The position numbers were made by a program, and so were the translations under genes. From Candidatus Micrarchaeota archaeon (lineage in GTDB: Archaea; Micrarchaeota; Micrarchaeia; Norongarragalinales; SBBD01), in assembly GCA_043813365.1 (NCBI GenBank), contig JBDRLB010000026.1, positions 8,587 through 72,586 of the forward strand: a stretch of DNA of 64,000 bases, in the 5' to 3' direction. Numbering within the stretch: the stretch's first letter is position 1; the number at the start of each line of letters is the position of its first letter. This document shows positions 19,539-28,893 of the stretch, one piece after another. Below the pieces are notes generated by a model. The model was not told the DNA's origin and made no database searches. It was given only the letters and a program-made list of their open reading frames with translations.

Positions 19539-20618
19539 ATGAGGGGATTTCCGCTTTTGGTTTTTTTTTCTCTTCTCCTTCTAGGATGCAATTCACCCCC
19601 GGAGCAACAGCCCGCCAATTCTACCAACCTTGCAAATGCAACCCAGCCGGCCCCTCCTGTGGGCACGAAGGGGCAATTCGCATTCTGCGAAGTATATGAG
19701 GAAAATTCGCTTGAAAAGGACGACTGCATCCTCAATTCCTCGATTTATTACCTCAACCAAAGCGGCTGCATTCTGTTGATGAGCCCAACTTACCATGACA
19801 AATGCCTGGAATATTTTGCGAATTATACGTATAAAATGCTCCTTTGCGACGAATTATTTTCCGCTTCACTAAGGCAGGAGTGCTTCGGCCAATTCGAGGA
19901 AGGGAGGATTGCAAGTGCATGCTTTGCGCTTCCTGCAAATGGCAGGGACAGCTGCTTTCACGAGCTTGCGGTCGAAAAGAACCGGAGCGGTTTCTGCAAC
20001 AGCATCAGGGATCCGGGCAAAATGGATTCGTGCTATTCCGTTTCCGCGAAAAAAAACCTGAATCCGGACCTTTGCCTCGGGGTAGGGCCATGGAGCGACC
20101 GCGATTTGTGCTATTACGACGTTTCGCTGCTTTCGCTCAACAGCACAATCTGTGAAAATATCCGCGGCCAGCTGAAGAACGATTGCTATTTCAGGATCGC
20201 GATTGCGACGAGGAATGCGGGCGTATGCAGCAGCATCGAGGTTGGCGACCTTGCCGCATCCTGCTTCCTGGATATCGCAAAAACGACAAACCAGCCCTCC
20301 CTCTGCGACCTCATACCCGCCATTTTCCCCGAAATGGACGAGTGCTTTTACTATTTTTCAGGGATCGACAGGAACGTCACATATTGCCATAAGATTATTG
20401 ACGCTGGAGTGCGCGACAAATGCCTCGCCTCGGCTGCGAAGATAGGGATGAACCATTCAATATGCCTTTACATCGGCAACACCGACCCCAGAGCCAGGGA
20501 CTTGTGCTTTTACGATGTGGCGGTATCTACGCACAATTACACAACCTGCCTGAACATCATGGATATCATGATACAGAAGAGCTGCTTTGCCATTTATTCA
20601 ACGAGCAGCGGCACGTGA
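19539..20618 (+). CDS. Cysteine-rich tandem-repeat lipoprotein (about 10 repeats of ~28-30 aa, two Cys each).
   Basis: Lipobox LLLGC after an N-terminal hydrophobic stretch. Periodic C-x-D-x-C pattern (e.g. RDSCFHELAVEKNRSGFCNSI, RDLCYYDVSLLSLNSTICENI, RDLCFYDVAVSTHNYTTCLNI). Confidence 0.55.
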   Translation: MRGFPLLVFFSLLLLGCNSPPEQQPANSTNLANATQPAPPVGTKGQFAFCEVYEENSLEKDDCILNSSIYYLNQSGCILLMSPTYHDKCLEYFANYTYKMLLCDELFSASLRQECFGQFEEGRIASACFALPANGRDSCFHELAVEKNRSGFCNSIRDPGKMDSCYSVSAKKNLNPDLCLGVGPWSDRDLCYYDVSLLSLNSTICENIRGQLKNDCYFRIAIATRNAGVCSSIEVGDLAASCFLDIAKTTNQPSLCDLIPAIFPEMDECFYYFSGIDRNVTYCHKIIDAGVRDKCLASAAKIGMNHSICLYIGNTDPRARDLCFYDVAVSTHNYTTCLNIMDIMIQKSCFAIYSTSSGT

Positions 20619-22064
20619 TCAGAAGGGTTCGCTTGCAAACGCAACGGAAGAGATCGTATCCCCCAACCCCACTGTCGCTTTTGGTTTTACGAGGGCTGTT
20701 GGCACCATGATCAGGAAGTGGTCGTCGGCCTCAAAGATTCCATTGAGCAGGAATCTTTTTGCCATTTCCTTATTTTCAATGAATCCGTTCGCAAATTCCT
20801 TCAGCGCTGCAATCCCCTGCTGAGAAATCCGCAGGTGAGGAAGTTTCCTCAGGTCTTTGTAGAAAGGTGTCCTGCCGAAGAACGCCCTTGCATCCGCCAC
20901 CCTAGAGGCAAAAAGGAGCGAATCCGCAAATTCCGCCGGAAGCACCCTTCCCACGTAGTCCTTCCTCAAAAGAAGGAGGAAATAACCCAACGTATGCGCA
21001 TGAAGCCGCTTCAATCTGAATTTATGGAAAATATGCCTGAGCGCCTTGTAGTAATTCACGCTGGATTCATCGCGTTCCAGCGCATCCGCCAGCCCGTAAT
21101 TCCCGAGCCGTTTCAGGAAGTGCACTGTCTCTACCTCGTTTATCCCGAACGAGTCGAACATCCGCAGCACCGAGGGATAAATCACCTTGTCCATGACCGG
21201 GTCGTGGATTGCCACGTACTCCAGATGGAACCTTGCCTTCCTGTTTGCTTTCAGCACCTTCAACTGGCGCCTGAGTTTTTGCAGGCGGTACCTGAAATGC
21301 CTTCCGCCCATCGTCTTCTGGAAGGACTGGAAGCCCGCAAGGAAAAAAACGTCGAATGAATTTGATATATTTATCAGATGCTCCTCAAGATCTTCCGGAA
21401 ACATGGGCACGTATTTTTTAGGCCTGGAAGCGACTATCAGCCGGTTATCCCGCGGGCATACTATGTCGTGACCCCCGAACCTGATCCTGTCCCCCTTCCT
21501 GAATTCGAAAATCCAGTTGGTTTTTGTGGGGTCGCCCTCCCTGTAGGCTGCGCGGGGCTTCTTGAAAACAAGTCGATCATGCTGCATTACCGGGAAATAA
21601 AGGCTCTCCTTATAATAGAGTTTTGATTGTTCCTTCGAAAGTATCGGCGAATAGCAAACAGTATTCACTTGCAGCTGCGCAAGCTGGTTTGCGATTATGC
21701 CCGCCTGACCGCCCATGCGGATTTTTTCCTTGAAAATCAATTTGAACCATTCGAACAGCTTCTGGTTGTAGCACGGAAGCTCGAGCGCCTTCCCCTTCGA
21801 GAAAACGCTGATGAAGCACGCAAAGAAATCCTCCCTGCTCTCGATCGATACGGGCGAAAAATCCCCGAGCAACTTCTTGATTTTTACCGCATCGCTTTTT
21901 CTCAGCTCCTTTTCGTACTCCCCCTTTTCGTAATGCACGACCGCATCGGTGATGGCGTTGAACGCGCAAAAAACCCGCTGCTGGCGCATGTGGCCATGCG
22001 GATGGCCCAAAGCTGCTTCGAGCCTCCTCGCCCAAACGGCCTCCAAATGCGGATCCTTGATCAT
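20619..22064 (-). CDS. ADP-dependent sugar kinase (ADP-PFK/ADP-GK family, ribokinase superfamily).
   Basis: C-terminal GLGDTISS (GxGD) motif and NEVE motif. ~480 aa. Confidence 0.65.
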   Translation of the reverse strand: MIKDPHLEAVWARRLEAALGHPHGHMRQQRVFCAFNAITDAVVHYEKGEYEKELRKSDAVKIKKLLGDFSPVSIESREDFFACFISVFSKGKALELPCYNQKLFEWFKLIFKEKIRMGGQAGIIANQLAQLQVNTVCYSPILSKEQSKLYYKESLYFPVMQHDRLVFKKPRAAYREGDPTKTNWIFEFRKGDRIRFGGHDIVCPRDNRLIVASRPKKYVPMFPEDLEEHLINISNSFDVFFLAGFQSFQKTMGGRHFRYRLQKLRRQLKVLKANRKARFHLEYVAIHDPVMDKVIYPSVLRMFDSFGINEVETVHFLKRLGNYGLADALERDESSVNYYKALRHIFHKFRLKRLHAHTLGYFLLLLRKDYVGRVLPAEFADSLLFASRVADARAFFGRTPFYKDLRKLPHLRISQQGIAALKEFANGFIENKEMAKRFLLNGIFEADDHFLIMVPTALVKPKATVGLGDTISSVAFASEPF

Positions 22065-22142
22065 GAAAATCGAATTTGTTATGGAATGAGGGTTCTTAAG
22101 ACTAATTATGCAGTGGAAAAAAGGACATCCTACCGGAAAGCA

Positions 22143-22610
22143 TCAGCCTTTCTGTTCGTCCGGGGAGTAAATGATGCTTCCATCTGCCTTTTCGTATTCG
22201 AAGATCTCCTCCTTTGCAAAGAACCGCCTGATTTCCTTCTCAGCCGTTTCCTTGCTGTCCGATGCATGCACGATGTTGCTCTGGACGGACATCCCGAAGT
22301 CGCCGCGAATGGTTCCCGGAGGAGCCTTCCTTGCATTCGTGGGGCCGCACATTGCCCTTGCAATTTCGACGCATTCAAGCCCTTCCAGCACCATCGCGAC
22401 TACCGGCGTTCCCTTCATGAATTTTTTTATCCCTGAAAAGAAGGGCTTGTCCTTCAGGTGCGAATAATGCTCATCAAGCAGCTCGTCACGGAGCTGCACC
22501 ATCTTCAGTCCTGCAATTTTCAGCCCGCGTGCCTCGAACCTCGAAATGACCTTCCCCACGAGTTCCCTTTGCACGCAATCCGGCTTCAGCAATATCAGCG
22601 TCCTTTCCAT
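22143..22610 (-). CDS. ndk: Nucleoside diphosphate kinase.
   Basis: ERTLILLKPD N-terminus. NIVHASDS active-site His context. Internal Met at 22610 used rather than the ORF-track start. Confidence 0.8.
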   Translation of the reverse strand: MERTLILLKPDCVQRELVGKVISRFEARGLKIAGLKMVQLRDELLDEHYSHLKDKPFFSGIKKFMKGTPVVAMVLEGLECVEIARAMCGPTNARKAPPGTIRGDFGMSVQSNIVHASDSKETAEKEIRRFFAKEEIFEYEKADGSIIYSPDEQKG

Positions 22611-22740
22611 CTTATTCACCCTAAACATCAATGGCGGATTTAATTGGGAGGGCACAAATTTAAGCCTTCGGTATTTCCGTATTTACCTTACATATTAAAA
22701 TCCGGCCGGATTATTACATCAAGCGTTTCGGTTGGTCCAA

Positions 22741-24009
22741 ATGATTGATGAGGGAAAACTATTTTCGTTGGCAAGGGAATTCGGCTGTTCCCTGGAATTC
22801 TTTTCGCAGGTGGAAAGTTCACTAGTGATGTCTGCAGATAATTTTTCCATCCATGCGAAGAGTGGCGTCAAGACAGGCGGTTTCGGGGTCCGCACCATCA
22901 AGGATGGGAAATTGGGGTTTTACTCTTTCGAGAAGGAATCCGAGCTCAAGCCGGCAGTGAAGCATTCGATTATGCTCTCGAAATTGCAGGAGGGGGCAAA
23001 TTACGCCTTCCCCGGAACAAAGGGCAAAAGTGCAAAATATTTTGACAAGAAAGCCCGAAATTTCGATTCTTGGGCAATACCCCAGCTTGAGGATATGCTG
23101 GATGTGCAGAAGGAAGCGAAAGTGGATGCGGTTCAGAACATTATCGGTGCGAGCATGAACGAGGATCTGCTGGTGAATTCCGAAGGCGGCCTCATCGAGC
23201 AGGAGGCGACCTCCTTCTTTGCGGTTTCCCAATGCGCCTACGGGAGGGCGGAAGGCGATTATTCGGAAAGCGCATCGAAATTCAACTTTGACCCCTCAAT
23301 TGTCTCAAAAAATGCCGCGATGCTGGCAAAATCATCCGCAAACCCGAGGAAAATCCCCGGCGGAAAAACGGACGTGATTTTTTCCCATCACGCACTGCAC
23401 GAATTGCTTGATTTGTTCCTCCCCTTCAATTTTTCCGGCGAATCCCTCCGCAAGAAATTGACCAAATTGGGGAAAGGAACGGAAATTGCCTCCGAAAATA
23501 TTTCCATCATTGACGACCCATCAATTCCAGAGGGATTGAAGCCATCCGAATATGATGATGAAGGCTTTGCGACAAGGAAAAAGTTCCTAGTCAGGAATGG
23601 CTCCGTGGAAGATTTCCTTTTCGACATGCATACTGCAGCCAAGATGCCGAACAAGCCCGCTGCCGGGAACGGCTACAGGAATTCGTTCCATTTCGCGCCC
23701 ATGATCAGCCATTCGGATACGGAAATTACCGGAGGCGATTCCGCCGATATCGTTTCGGAATGCAAGAGGGGGATTTTGGTGCACTCCTTCCTCACGAGCG
23801 GCGCCAACCCGGTTACCGGCGACTTCTCCTTCCCGTTCCTGATCGCGCATAAACTTGAAAATGGCGAGAAAAAGCTCCCGGTGAAGGATGCTATGATGAA
23901 GGGCAACTTCTTTGAGCTGATGAAAACGGCGGAATTCGAGCGCAAAACGGAAATGCACAACGGCCTCAAGGCAGGGAGGATGGGCTGCGAACTGGAGGTA
24001 ATTTCCTGA
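22741..24009 (+). CDS. TldD/PmbA family metallopeptidase.
   Basis: C-terminal TSGANPVTGDFSFPFLIAHKLENGE is typical of TldD/PmbA. TATA CATATTAAAA at 22691-22700. Confidence 0.6.
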   Translation: MIDEGKLFSLAREFGCSLEFFSQVESSLVMSADNFSIHAKSGVKTGGFGVRTIKDGKLGFYSFEKESELKPAVKHSIMLSKLQEGANYAFPGTKGKSAKYFDKKARNFDSWAIPQLEDMLDVQKEAKVDAVQNIIGASMNEDLLVNSEGGLIEQEATSFFAVSQCAYGRAEGDYSESASKFNFDPSIVSKNAAMLAKSSANPRKIPGGKTDVIFSHHALHELLDLFLPFNFSGESLRKKLTKLGKGTEIASENISIIDDPSIPEGLKPSEYDDEGFATRKKFLVRNGSVEDFLFDMHTAAKMPNKPAAGNGYRNSFHFAPMISHSDTEITGGDSADIVSECKRGILVHSFLTSGANPVTGDFSFPFLIAHKLENGEKKLPVKDAMMKGNFFELMKTAEFERKTEMHNGLKAGRMGCELEVIS

Positions 24010-24123
24010 AAAGCCCGCACCGAATCATTATTAAAACACGTTCGACCGCATATAATTTGCGGGACAAAACAACCCTTTAAAAAGCTTTTAATCCGTAACG
24101 ATTACGCTAATTTTCCGTTAATT

Positions 24124-24555
24124 ATGGGTGTAAAAATGAGTTTGGAGGAACAGGAAATGGCGCAGGAAAAGCAGCCTGCGGAAGCCCCGGCCGAAGCCGG
24201 CACAGAGGGCGTATCTGAAGAGGAAGAGGCGAAATTGCCCTTCCCGAATGCCAGGATCGTTGCGATTATTCGTGAAAACCTCAAGCAGCCTCACCAGATA
24301 AAGAAGGAGGTAAAACTCTCTGCAAACTACCTGCTCGCGGAAATATTGAAGGATATTGCCATGAGCATGGACTCCGAGCCTTACAATTCTCTGTCGATGG
24401 ATCACTTCAACAAGGCCTCCCGGAAATACCGGGAGCTCGCGCTGGCGCAGGCACGCATACGAAGGATACAAAAAGTGCTTGAGAAGCAGCGCGCCGAGCT
24501 GGATGAGATCATCACCGAAATTGAGCTTGAGTCCCCGGGAACGGAGCAGGACTGA
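24124..24555 (+). CDS. Histone-fold protein with an acidic N-terminal tail and a C-terminal coiled-coil.
   Basis: LPFPNARIVAIIRENL...LSANYLLAEILKDIA parallels the archaeal histone N-terminus ELPIAPIGRIIK...ARI.LAK.LEE...IA. N-terminal stretch rich in Glu/Ala. Confidence 0.4.
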   Translation: MGVKMSLEEQEMAQEKQPAEAPAEAGTEGVSEEEEAKLPFPNARIVAIIRENLKQPHQIKKEVKLSANYLLAEILKDIAMSMDSEPYNSLSMDHFNKASRKYRELALAQARIRRIQKVLEKQRAELDEIITEIELESPGTEQD

Positions 24556-24573
24556 TTTTAGGAATGGGATTGA

Positions 24574-25425
24574 ATGGCTGAAGAGGAAAAGAAAGTAGAG
24601 GAATTGAAGGAGGAAACTCACAAGAAGAACCTGGAGGTCAGGAAGCTTGCTGACGAGAACCAAAAAAACATAGCGAAGCTCCGCGAACTATTGGATAAGG
24701 CGGACGAGGAAAAGAAGCTCCGCGACGAATTCAATGCGAAAGTGAAGGAGATCTCCGAAAAGCGCAAGCAGTTGATAGACTCCGCAAGGAAAGTTGATTC
24801 AGAACTTAGGGAACTCGAGGCGGAGGCGGCGAAAATAAAGGTGCCCGAGGGCAAGATACCAATTGGCCGCATTAACCGCATGATCGAGCAGCTGGAATGG
24901 AGGCTGCAGACGCAGTCAATGCCCGTAAAAGAGGAGAATGCGATTTCCAAGGAAGTAAAGGCGCTTTTGAAGGAAAAGCAGGCGCAGGAAAAGTCGCAGC
25001 CCTTAAGGAGGCAGATTTACGATTTGAGGAGGAAAAGGCAGGAGCTCAACCTCGAATTCCGCACGCTGGACGAATCGCAGCAGGTAGATGCGAAGGAATC
25101 CGACAAGCACCACGATACGATGTTGAAACTGTACAAGAAGGCGGATGAGGTGCGCACGCAAATCGGCGACTACCTTGAAAAATTAGGGGAGAAGCGCAAG
25201 GATGCGGACGAAACTTATTCCAAACTGAAGGAGGCAAGGCATGAGCGGCACGAGGAGGACACGCGCCATTTCGCTGATGAAAGAAGGGAGAGGAAGCAGA
25301 AGGAGGATGCGAAGCGCGACGAGCTTGAGGAGCGCGCAAGGCAGATCTACATCGACTTCAAGGCCGGCAAGAAAGTGAGCATGAACGAATTGCAGATACT
25401 CCAGATGGCGGGAATTGAGATTTAA
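24574..25425 (+). CDS. 283-aa K/E-rich coiled-coil protein of unknown function.
   Basis: Heptad-like charged repeats throughout. 18 bp after the histone-fold gene, so probably an operon. Confidence 0.4.
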   Translation: MAEEEKKVEELKEETHKKNLEVRKLADENQKNIAKLRELLDKADEEKKLRDEFNAKVKEISEKRKQLIDSARKVDSELRELEAEAAKIKVPEGKIPIGRINRMIEQLEWRLQTQSMPVKEENAISKEVKALLKEKQAQEKSQPLRRQIYDLRRKRQELNLEFRTLDESQQVDAKESDKHHDTMLKLYKKADEVRTQIGDYLEKLGEKRKDADETYSKLKEARHERHEEDTRHFADERRERKQKEDAKRDELEERARQIYIDFKAGKKVSMNELQILQMAGIEI

Positions 25426-25453
25426 TTAATAATTTACTCGTTCACTTCTAATT

Positions 25454-25738
25454 ATGGTCATTAGAGAAGCTGCTTTCGCAACAGGTCTCGGAACAGGTTT
25501 ATTCCTAGGGTTAGAGCTAAAAACTGGCCAAGATGTTACTCAAGAAGGTCTGGGATTGACAATCTTACAGGTTTTTTGCAGTGCCGTTCAGAAGATACCT
25601 AATTCCCCATGCGATTACTTGTGGTTAATTATTGGCATTTTTTTAATCGTGGGCATTTTGACCATTATTTCTGATTACAAGAAGAATGGAATTCTATATG
25701 CAGCTGGGCTATTTCTAGGGATGATTATAGTGCAATAA
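25454..25738 (+). CDS. Small (94 aa) two-helix membrane protein, AT-rich.
   Basis: Two hydrophobic segments. Local GC lower than the flanks. Confidence 0.3.
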   Translation: MVIREAAFATGLGTGLFLGLELKTGQDVTQEGLGLTILQVFCSAVQKIPNSPCDYLWLIIGIFLIVGILTIISDYKKNGILYAAGLFLGMIIVQ

Positions 25739-26257
25739 CTATTCAACCATCCTGAACCTATCAAAGAACAGTTTCGTGGGCTTCAGTTTCTTCGTTGTTT
25801 TGTATTTCTCCCACTGCAGGTATTTCAGGTCAACCAGTTCCTGCACAGCCTCGTAGATGTCGCCCTTGAAGTAGTATTTGAGTTCGGACTGCAGCAGTTC
25901 CTTCTTCTTTGCAATCAGCGCCAATATTTTCTGCGCCTTTTTCGAAAATTCAATCTGCTGCGAGAGGTGCGAAACATGCGGCAGGTACCCCTCATCAACC
26001 TCCAATTTCACCTGCGTGCCCGCCAACTTTCCAGGTTCCTCGAATACGTTCACGACCAATGAGAGGCCCGCATTCCTGAGGTCATCAGATAGCTCAGCAA
26101 CATAGCCATCAATGTCATCCAGCTTGCATTTTGCAGCTATGGACAACTCCTCCATCGAGAGCGGCTTGTTCGCCAAAAAGAGCGCTGCAAGGACCACGTT
26201 CTTCCGGTTGATCTCCTCTGTCTCCGTGTTCTCTCCTTCTGCCATTCCCACACCCAA
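25739..26257 (-). CDS. scpB: ScpB-like segregation/condensation protein (tandem winged helix).
   Basis: NVVLAALFLANKPLSMEELSIAA matches the ScpB N-terminal wH consensus (LEALLF.S..PLS...LA). Confidence 0.55.
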   Translation of the reverse strand: MGVGMAEGENTETEEINRKNVVLAALFLANKPLSMEELSIAAKCKLDDIDGYVAELSDDLRNAGLSLVVNVFEEPGKLAGTQVKLEVDEGYLPHVSHLSQQIEFSKKAQKILALIAKKKELLQSELKYYFKGDIYEAVQELVDLKYLQWEKYKTTKKLKPTKLFFDRFRMVE

Positions 26258-26400
26258 AAAACGTTTTTAAATATGAGTATCTATATCAAAAGAAGGATTT
26301 TAAACCTGATTATGGTTAATTACTCCCTCTAATTAGTTGTGTTCATCACGATTGCTTTTAGGGGCTTAACCTACATAGTAGGAGGTTTGCTTTCAGGATT

Positions 26401-27003
26401 TTGGTTGATATTATGAATCTTTTGGTCCCGCAAGAAAAGTACCTTGGAGCTGGCGTGCATATCGGAACTAGGAACAAGAGCGGAGGGATGAAGGAATACA
26501 TCTACAAGGTGAGGGAGGACGGGCTCCATGTGCTTGATTTGAAGAAGATGGACGGCAGGATCAGGGCTGCTGCGAAGCTCCTCACAAAATACCCCGAGGA
26601 CAAAGTGTTCCTCGTAAGCAACAAGGAGAATGCCAAAATTCCCCTTGCAAGGATGGCCGATGTCACCGGTTTCCAATCATTAATAGGGAGGTTCACCCCC
26701 GGCAGGTTCACAAACCCCCGAAGGGCGGATTTTGTCGAGCCGCAGCTCGTATTCGTCATAGACCCTGGGGCAGACAAGCAATCCGTGAAGGAGGCATATG
26801 ACATAAATGTCCCGGTAATCGCACTCTGCGACACCAACAACCAGACAAAATTCGTCGATCTTGTTGTGCCGACGAACAACAAGGGAAGGAAGGCCATCGT
26901 GCTTATTGTCTGGCTCCTCACGCGCGAAGTGATGAAGCTGAAGGGCAAGGTCGCAAGCGATGATGATTTCACCTACAAGCCCGAGGATTTCGAGGGAATT
27001 TGA
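26401..27003 (+). CDS. rps2: 30S ribosomal protein uS2.
   Basis: LLVPQEKYLGAGVHIGTR. The start may instead be the ATG at 26413. Confidence 0.85.
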   Translation: MVDIMNLLVPQEKYLGAGVHIGTRNKSGGMKEYIYKVREDGLHVLDLKKMDGRIRAAAKLLTKYPEDKVFLVSNKENAKIPLARMADVTGFQSLIGRFTPGRFTNPRRADFVEPQLVFVIDPGADKQSVKEAYDINVPVIALCDTNNQTKFVDLVVPTNNKGRKAIVLIVWLLTREVMKLKGKVASDDDFTYKPEDFEGI

Positions 27004-27162
27004 ATGGCAAGAAACAAGAGCGAATCAAAGAAAAGGAAACTGGTGCATGCAGCAAAGCTGAACCGGAGGATACCGATATTCGCAATTGCAAAAACAAACC
27101 GCAAGCTCGCGTTCAACAGGTTCTCAAGGAATTGGAGGACGAAGAAACTAGGGCTGAAGTCG
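27004..27162 (+). CDS. rpl39e: 50S ribosomal protein eL39 (52 aa); missed by the ORF track.
   Basis: Hand translation gives MARNKSESKKRKLVHAAKLNRRIPIFAIAKTNRKLAFNRFSRNWRTKKLGLKSD, the canonical eL39 pattern. ATG overlaps the uS2 stop. Confidence 0.75.
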
Positions 27163-27178
27163 GATTAAGTGGATATTT

Positions 27179-27685
27179 ATGGCAGGTGTAGAGCAGGCAA
27201 AAGAGGCAAAATTCATACAGCTCCAGGAGAAGAAGGCAGAGGAGCGGAAGGAGATCGACCTCAAGAAGGTTGAGGAGAAGGCGGAAGCTAAACGGGAGGA
27301 GAAAAAGGCTGACGAGCACAAGGGCAAGCAGCCCGAGGACAAGAAGGCAGCAGAAAAGACAGCGCCTCCTGCAAAAAAAACCGAGGAGAAAAAGGAGGAA
27401 AAGAAGGAGGAGCCGAAGAAGCGGGAAATCGTCCTGGAGCGGATTTACACGGTCCCGTTGATTGCGGCATACTCAAAGCCCCTGATGAAGAGGGGAAACG
27501 CGGCGATAACCTTGCTCAGAAGGTTTCTCGAAAGGCACATGAAGGCCGATGAAAAGAAGGTGAAAATCTCGCTCATTCTCAACAACATCATCAGGAAGCG
27601 CGGATCCGGCCGTCCTCTCAAGAAAGTGAAAATCAAGGCCACAAAGGACAAGGAGGGCGTGGTGATTGCGGAGATTTCCGCCTGA
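27179..27685 (+). CDS. rpl31e: 50S ribosomal protein eL31 with ~80-aa Lys/Glu-rich N-terminal extension.
   Basis: Core ERIYTVPL...GVVIAEI matches eL31. No in-frame Met between the ORF start and the core. Confidence 0.75.
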   Translation: MAGVEQAKEAKFIQLQEKKAEERKEIDLKKVEEKAEAKREEKKADEHKGKQPEDKKAAEKTAPPAKKTEEKKEEKKEEPKKREIVLERIYTVPLIAAYSKPLMKRGNAAITLLRRFLERHMKADEKKVKISLILNNIIRKRGSGRPLKKVKIKATKDKEGVVIAEISA

Positions 27686-27726
27686 TTTTTATACGCACAT
27701 TTCCTGTTATTCTTAGGCGAATCCCC

Positions 27727-28392
27727 ATGGGCATAGCAAAACTATCTTTCAACAAAAATCCCCATATTGGATTATTCTTCAGGGCGAATGAGGAACTTGT
27801 GCTAGTGCCGAAGAACATCCATGAGAAAATTCTCCCGCAACTCACAGAAGCACTCCAGGCAGAACTGCTGCCCATTTATTTCTGCCAATCGCCTATCCTG
27901 GGCATCTTCTCAGCGCTCAATTCCAACGGCTGCATAGTGTCCGCGCTTGCGGAGAAGCATGAGGTAAAGCCCCTCAAGGATCGCGGGCTTAACGTCCAAT
28001 TCCTCAACGAGCAGTTCGCCCCCGGGAACAATATCCTTGTTAACGACAAAGCTGCATTGGTGAACCCGAGGATGCCAAAAGCCGATATTAAGAAAGTTTC
28101 CGATTGCCTTGGGGTGGAAGTGTTCAGGCATCCCATCGCGAACCTTCAAACAGTGGGCTCAAACAACGTTGTTACGAACGGCGGCCTTTTTGCGTACTCC
28201 CACATCTCAGATGTCGAGATGAGGATGCTCGAGAAGATTTTCGGCGTGCGGGGCGTGAAGGGCACCGTGAATACGGGAAGCACCGCGAACTCCTATGGCG
28301 TTGTTGCCAACTCGAAGGGCGCAATCATCGGGGAGGCGACATCCGGAAGCGAAACCCAAAAAGTTTACGAGGCGCTTTTCGGCGGGCCCTGA
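27727..28392 (+). CDS. eif6: Translation initiation factor 6 (aIF6).
   Basis: Pentein-fold repeats. N-terminus KLSFNKNPHIGLFFRANEEL. Confidence 0.85.
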   Translation: MGIAKLSFNKNPHIGLFFRANEELVLVPKNIHEKILPQLTEALQAELLPIYFCQSPILGIFSALNSNGCIVSALAEKHEVKPLKDRGLNVQFLNEQFAPGNNILVNDKAALVNPRMPKADIKKVSDCLGVEVFRHPIANLQTVGSNNVVTNGGLFAYSHISDVEMRMLEKIFGVRGVKGTVNTGSTANSYGVVANSKGAIIGEATSGSETQKVYEALFGGP

Positions 28393-28435
28393 ACTTGATC
28401 GGAATATAAACCTAACTTGCGTAAATTTGGTGGTC

Positions 28436-28843
28436 ATGAACATGTCATCCGAAGAGGAATTGCAAAAACTCGCATACGAAGCGCAATACCTCCAATCAAA
28501 TTTACAGGAGATGCAGCGCCAGTACCAGCAGGCGGTTGCAATGATGAACCAGATAGAGCAGACGGAAAAGACAGTAGCTGCATTGAAGGATGCCAAGGAG
28601 GATACGTACTTCCAGCTCGGCGCAGGCGCGTTCATGAAAGGCAAGCCTAATGAGAGGAAGGGCGTCCTGATAGACATGGGTGCGAATGTTTTCATGGAAA
28701 AAACCGCCGAGGAAGCAAGGGAGCTCCTCAAGGCGCGCAAAGCCAACATTGAGAAGGCGGTTGGGAGCATCAAGAAGAACCTCGAGGAGGTCTCCAGGAG
28801 GCTGGAAGAAATCGACTCGCTCGCAGCCGACCTCCAGAAATGA
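28436..28843 (+). CDS. pfdA: Prefoldin alpha subunit.
   Basis: Two beta-hairpin motifs (YFQLGAGAFMKGK and VLIDMGANVFMEKTAEEA) flanked by coiled coils. Start at the internal ATG. Confidence 0.7.
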   Translation: MNMSSEEELQKLAYEAQYLQSNLQEMQRQYQQAVAMMNQIEQTEKTVAALKDAKEDTYFQLGAGAFMKGKPNERKGVLIDMGANVFMEKTAEEARELLKARKANIEKAVGSIKKNLEEVSRRLEEIDSLAADLQK

Positions 28844-28893
28844 CGGAAAACGCAGGTTCTAATTCCTTTGGATGCTAATTTTCAGAGCTGTTA

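Noticed and set aside
21627-22436. 269-aa plus-strand ORF.
   Set aside because: It lies entirely antisense to the ADP-dependent kinase and ndk genes, which have clear family motifs. It is spurious.
24118-24663. 181-aa minus-strand ORF.
   Set aside because: It is antisense to the histone-fold gene and the 5' end of the coiled-coil gene, and is low complexity.
28295-28435. N-terminal 47-aa extension of the ORF-track version of the prefoldin gene.
   Set aside because: The extension is Arg/Pro-rich and overlaps the aIF6 3' end. The internal ATG at 28436 gives a canonical-length prefoldin alpha.
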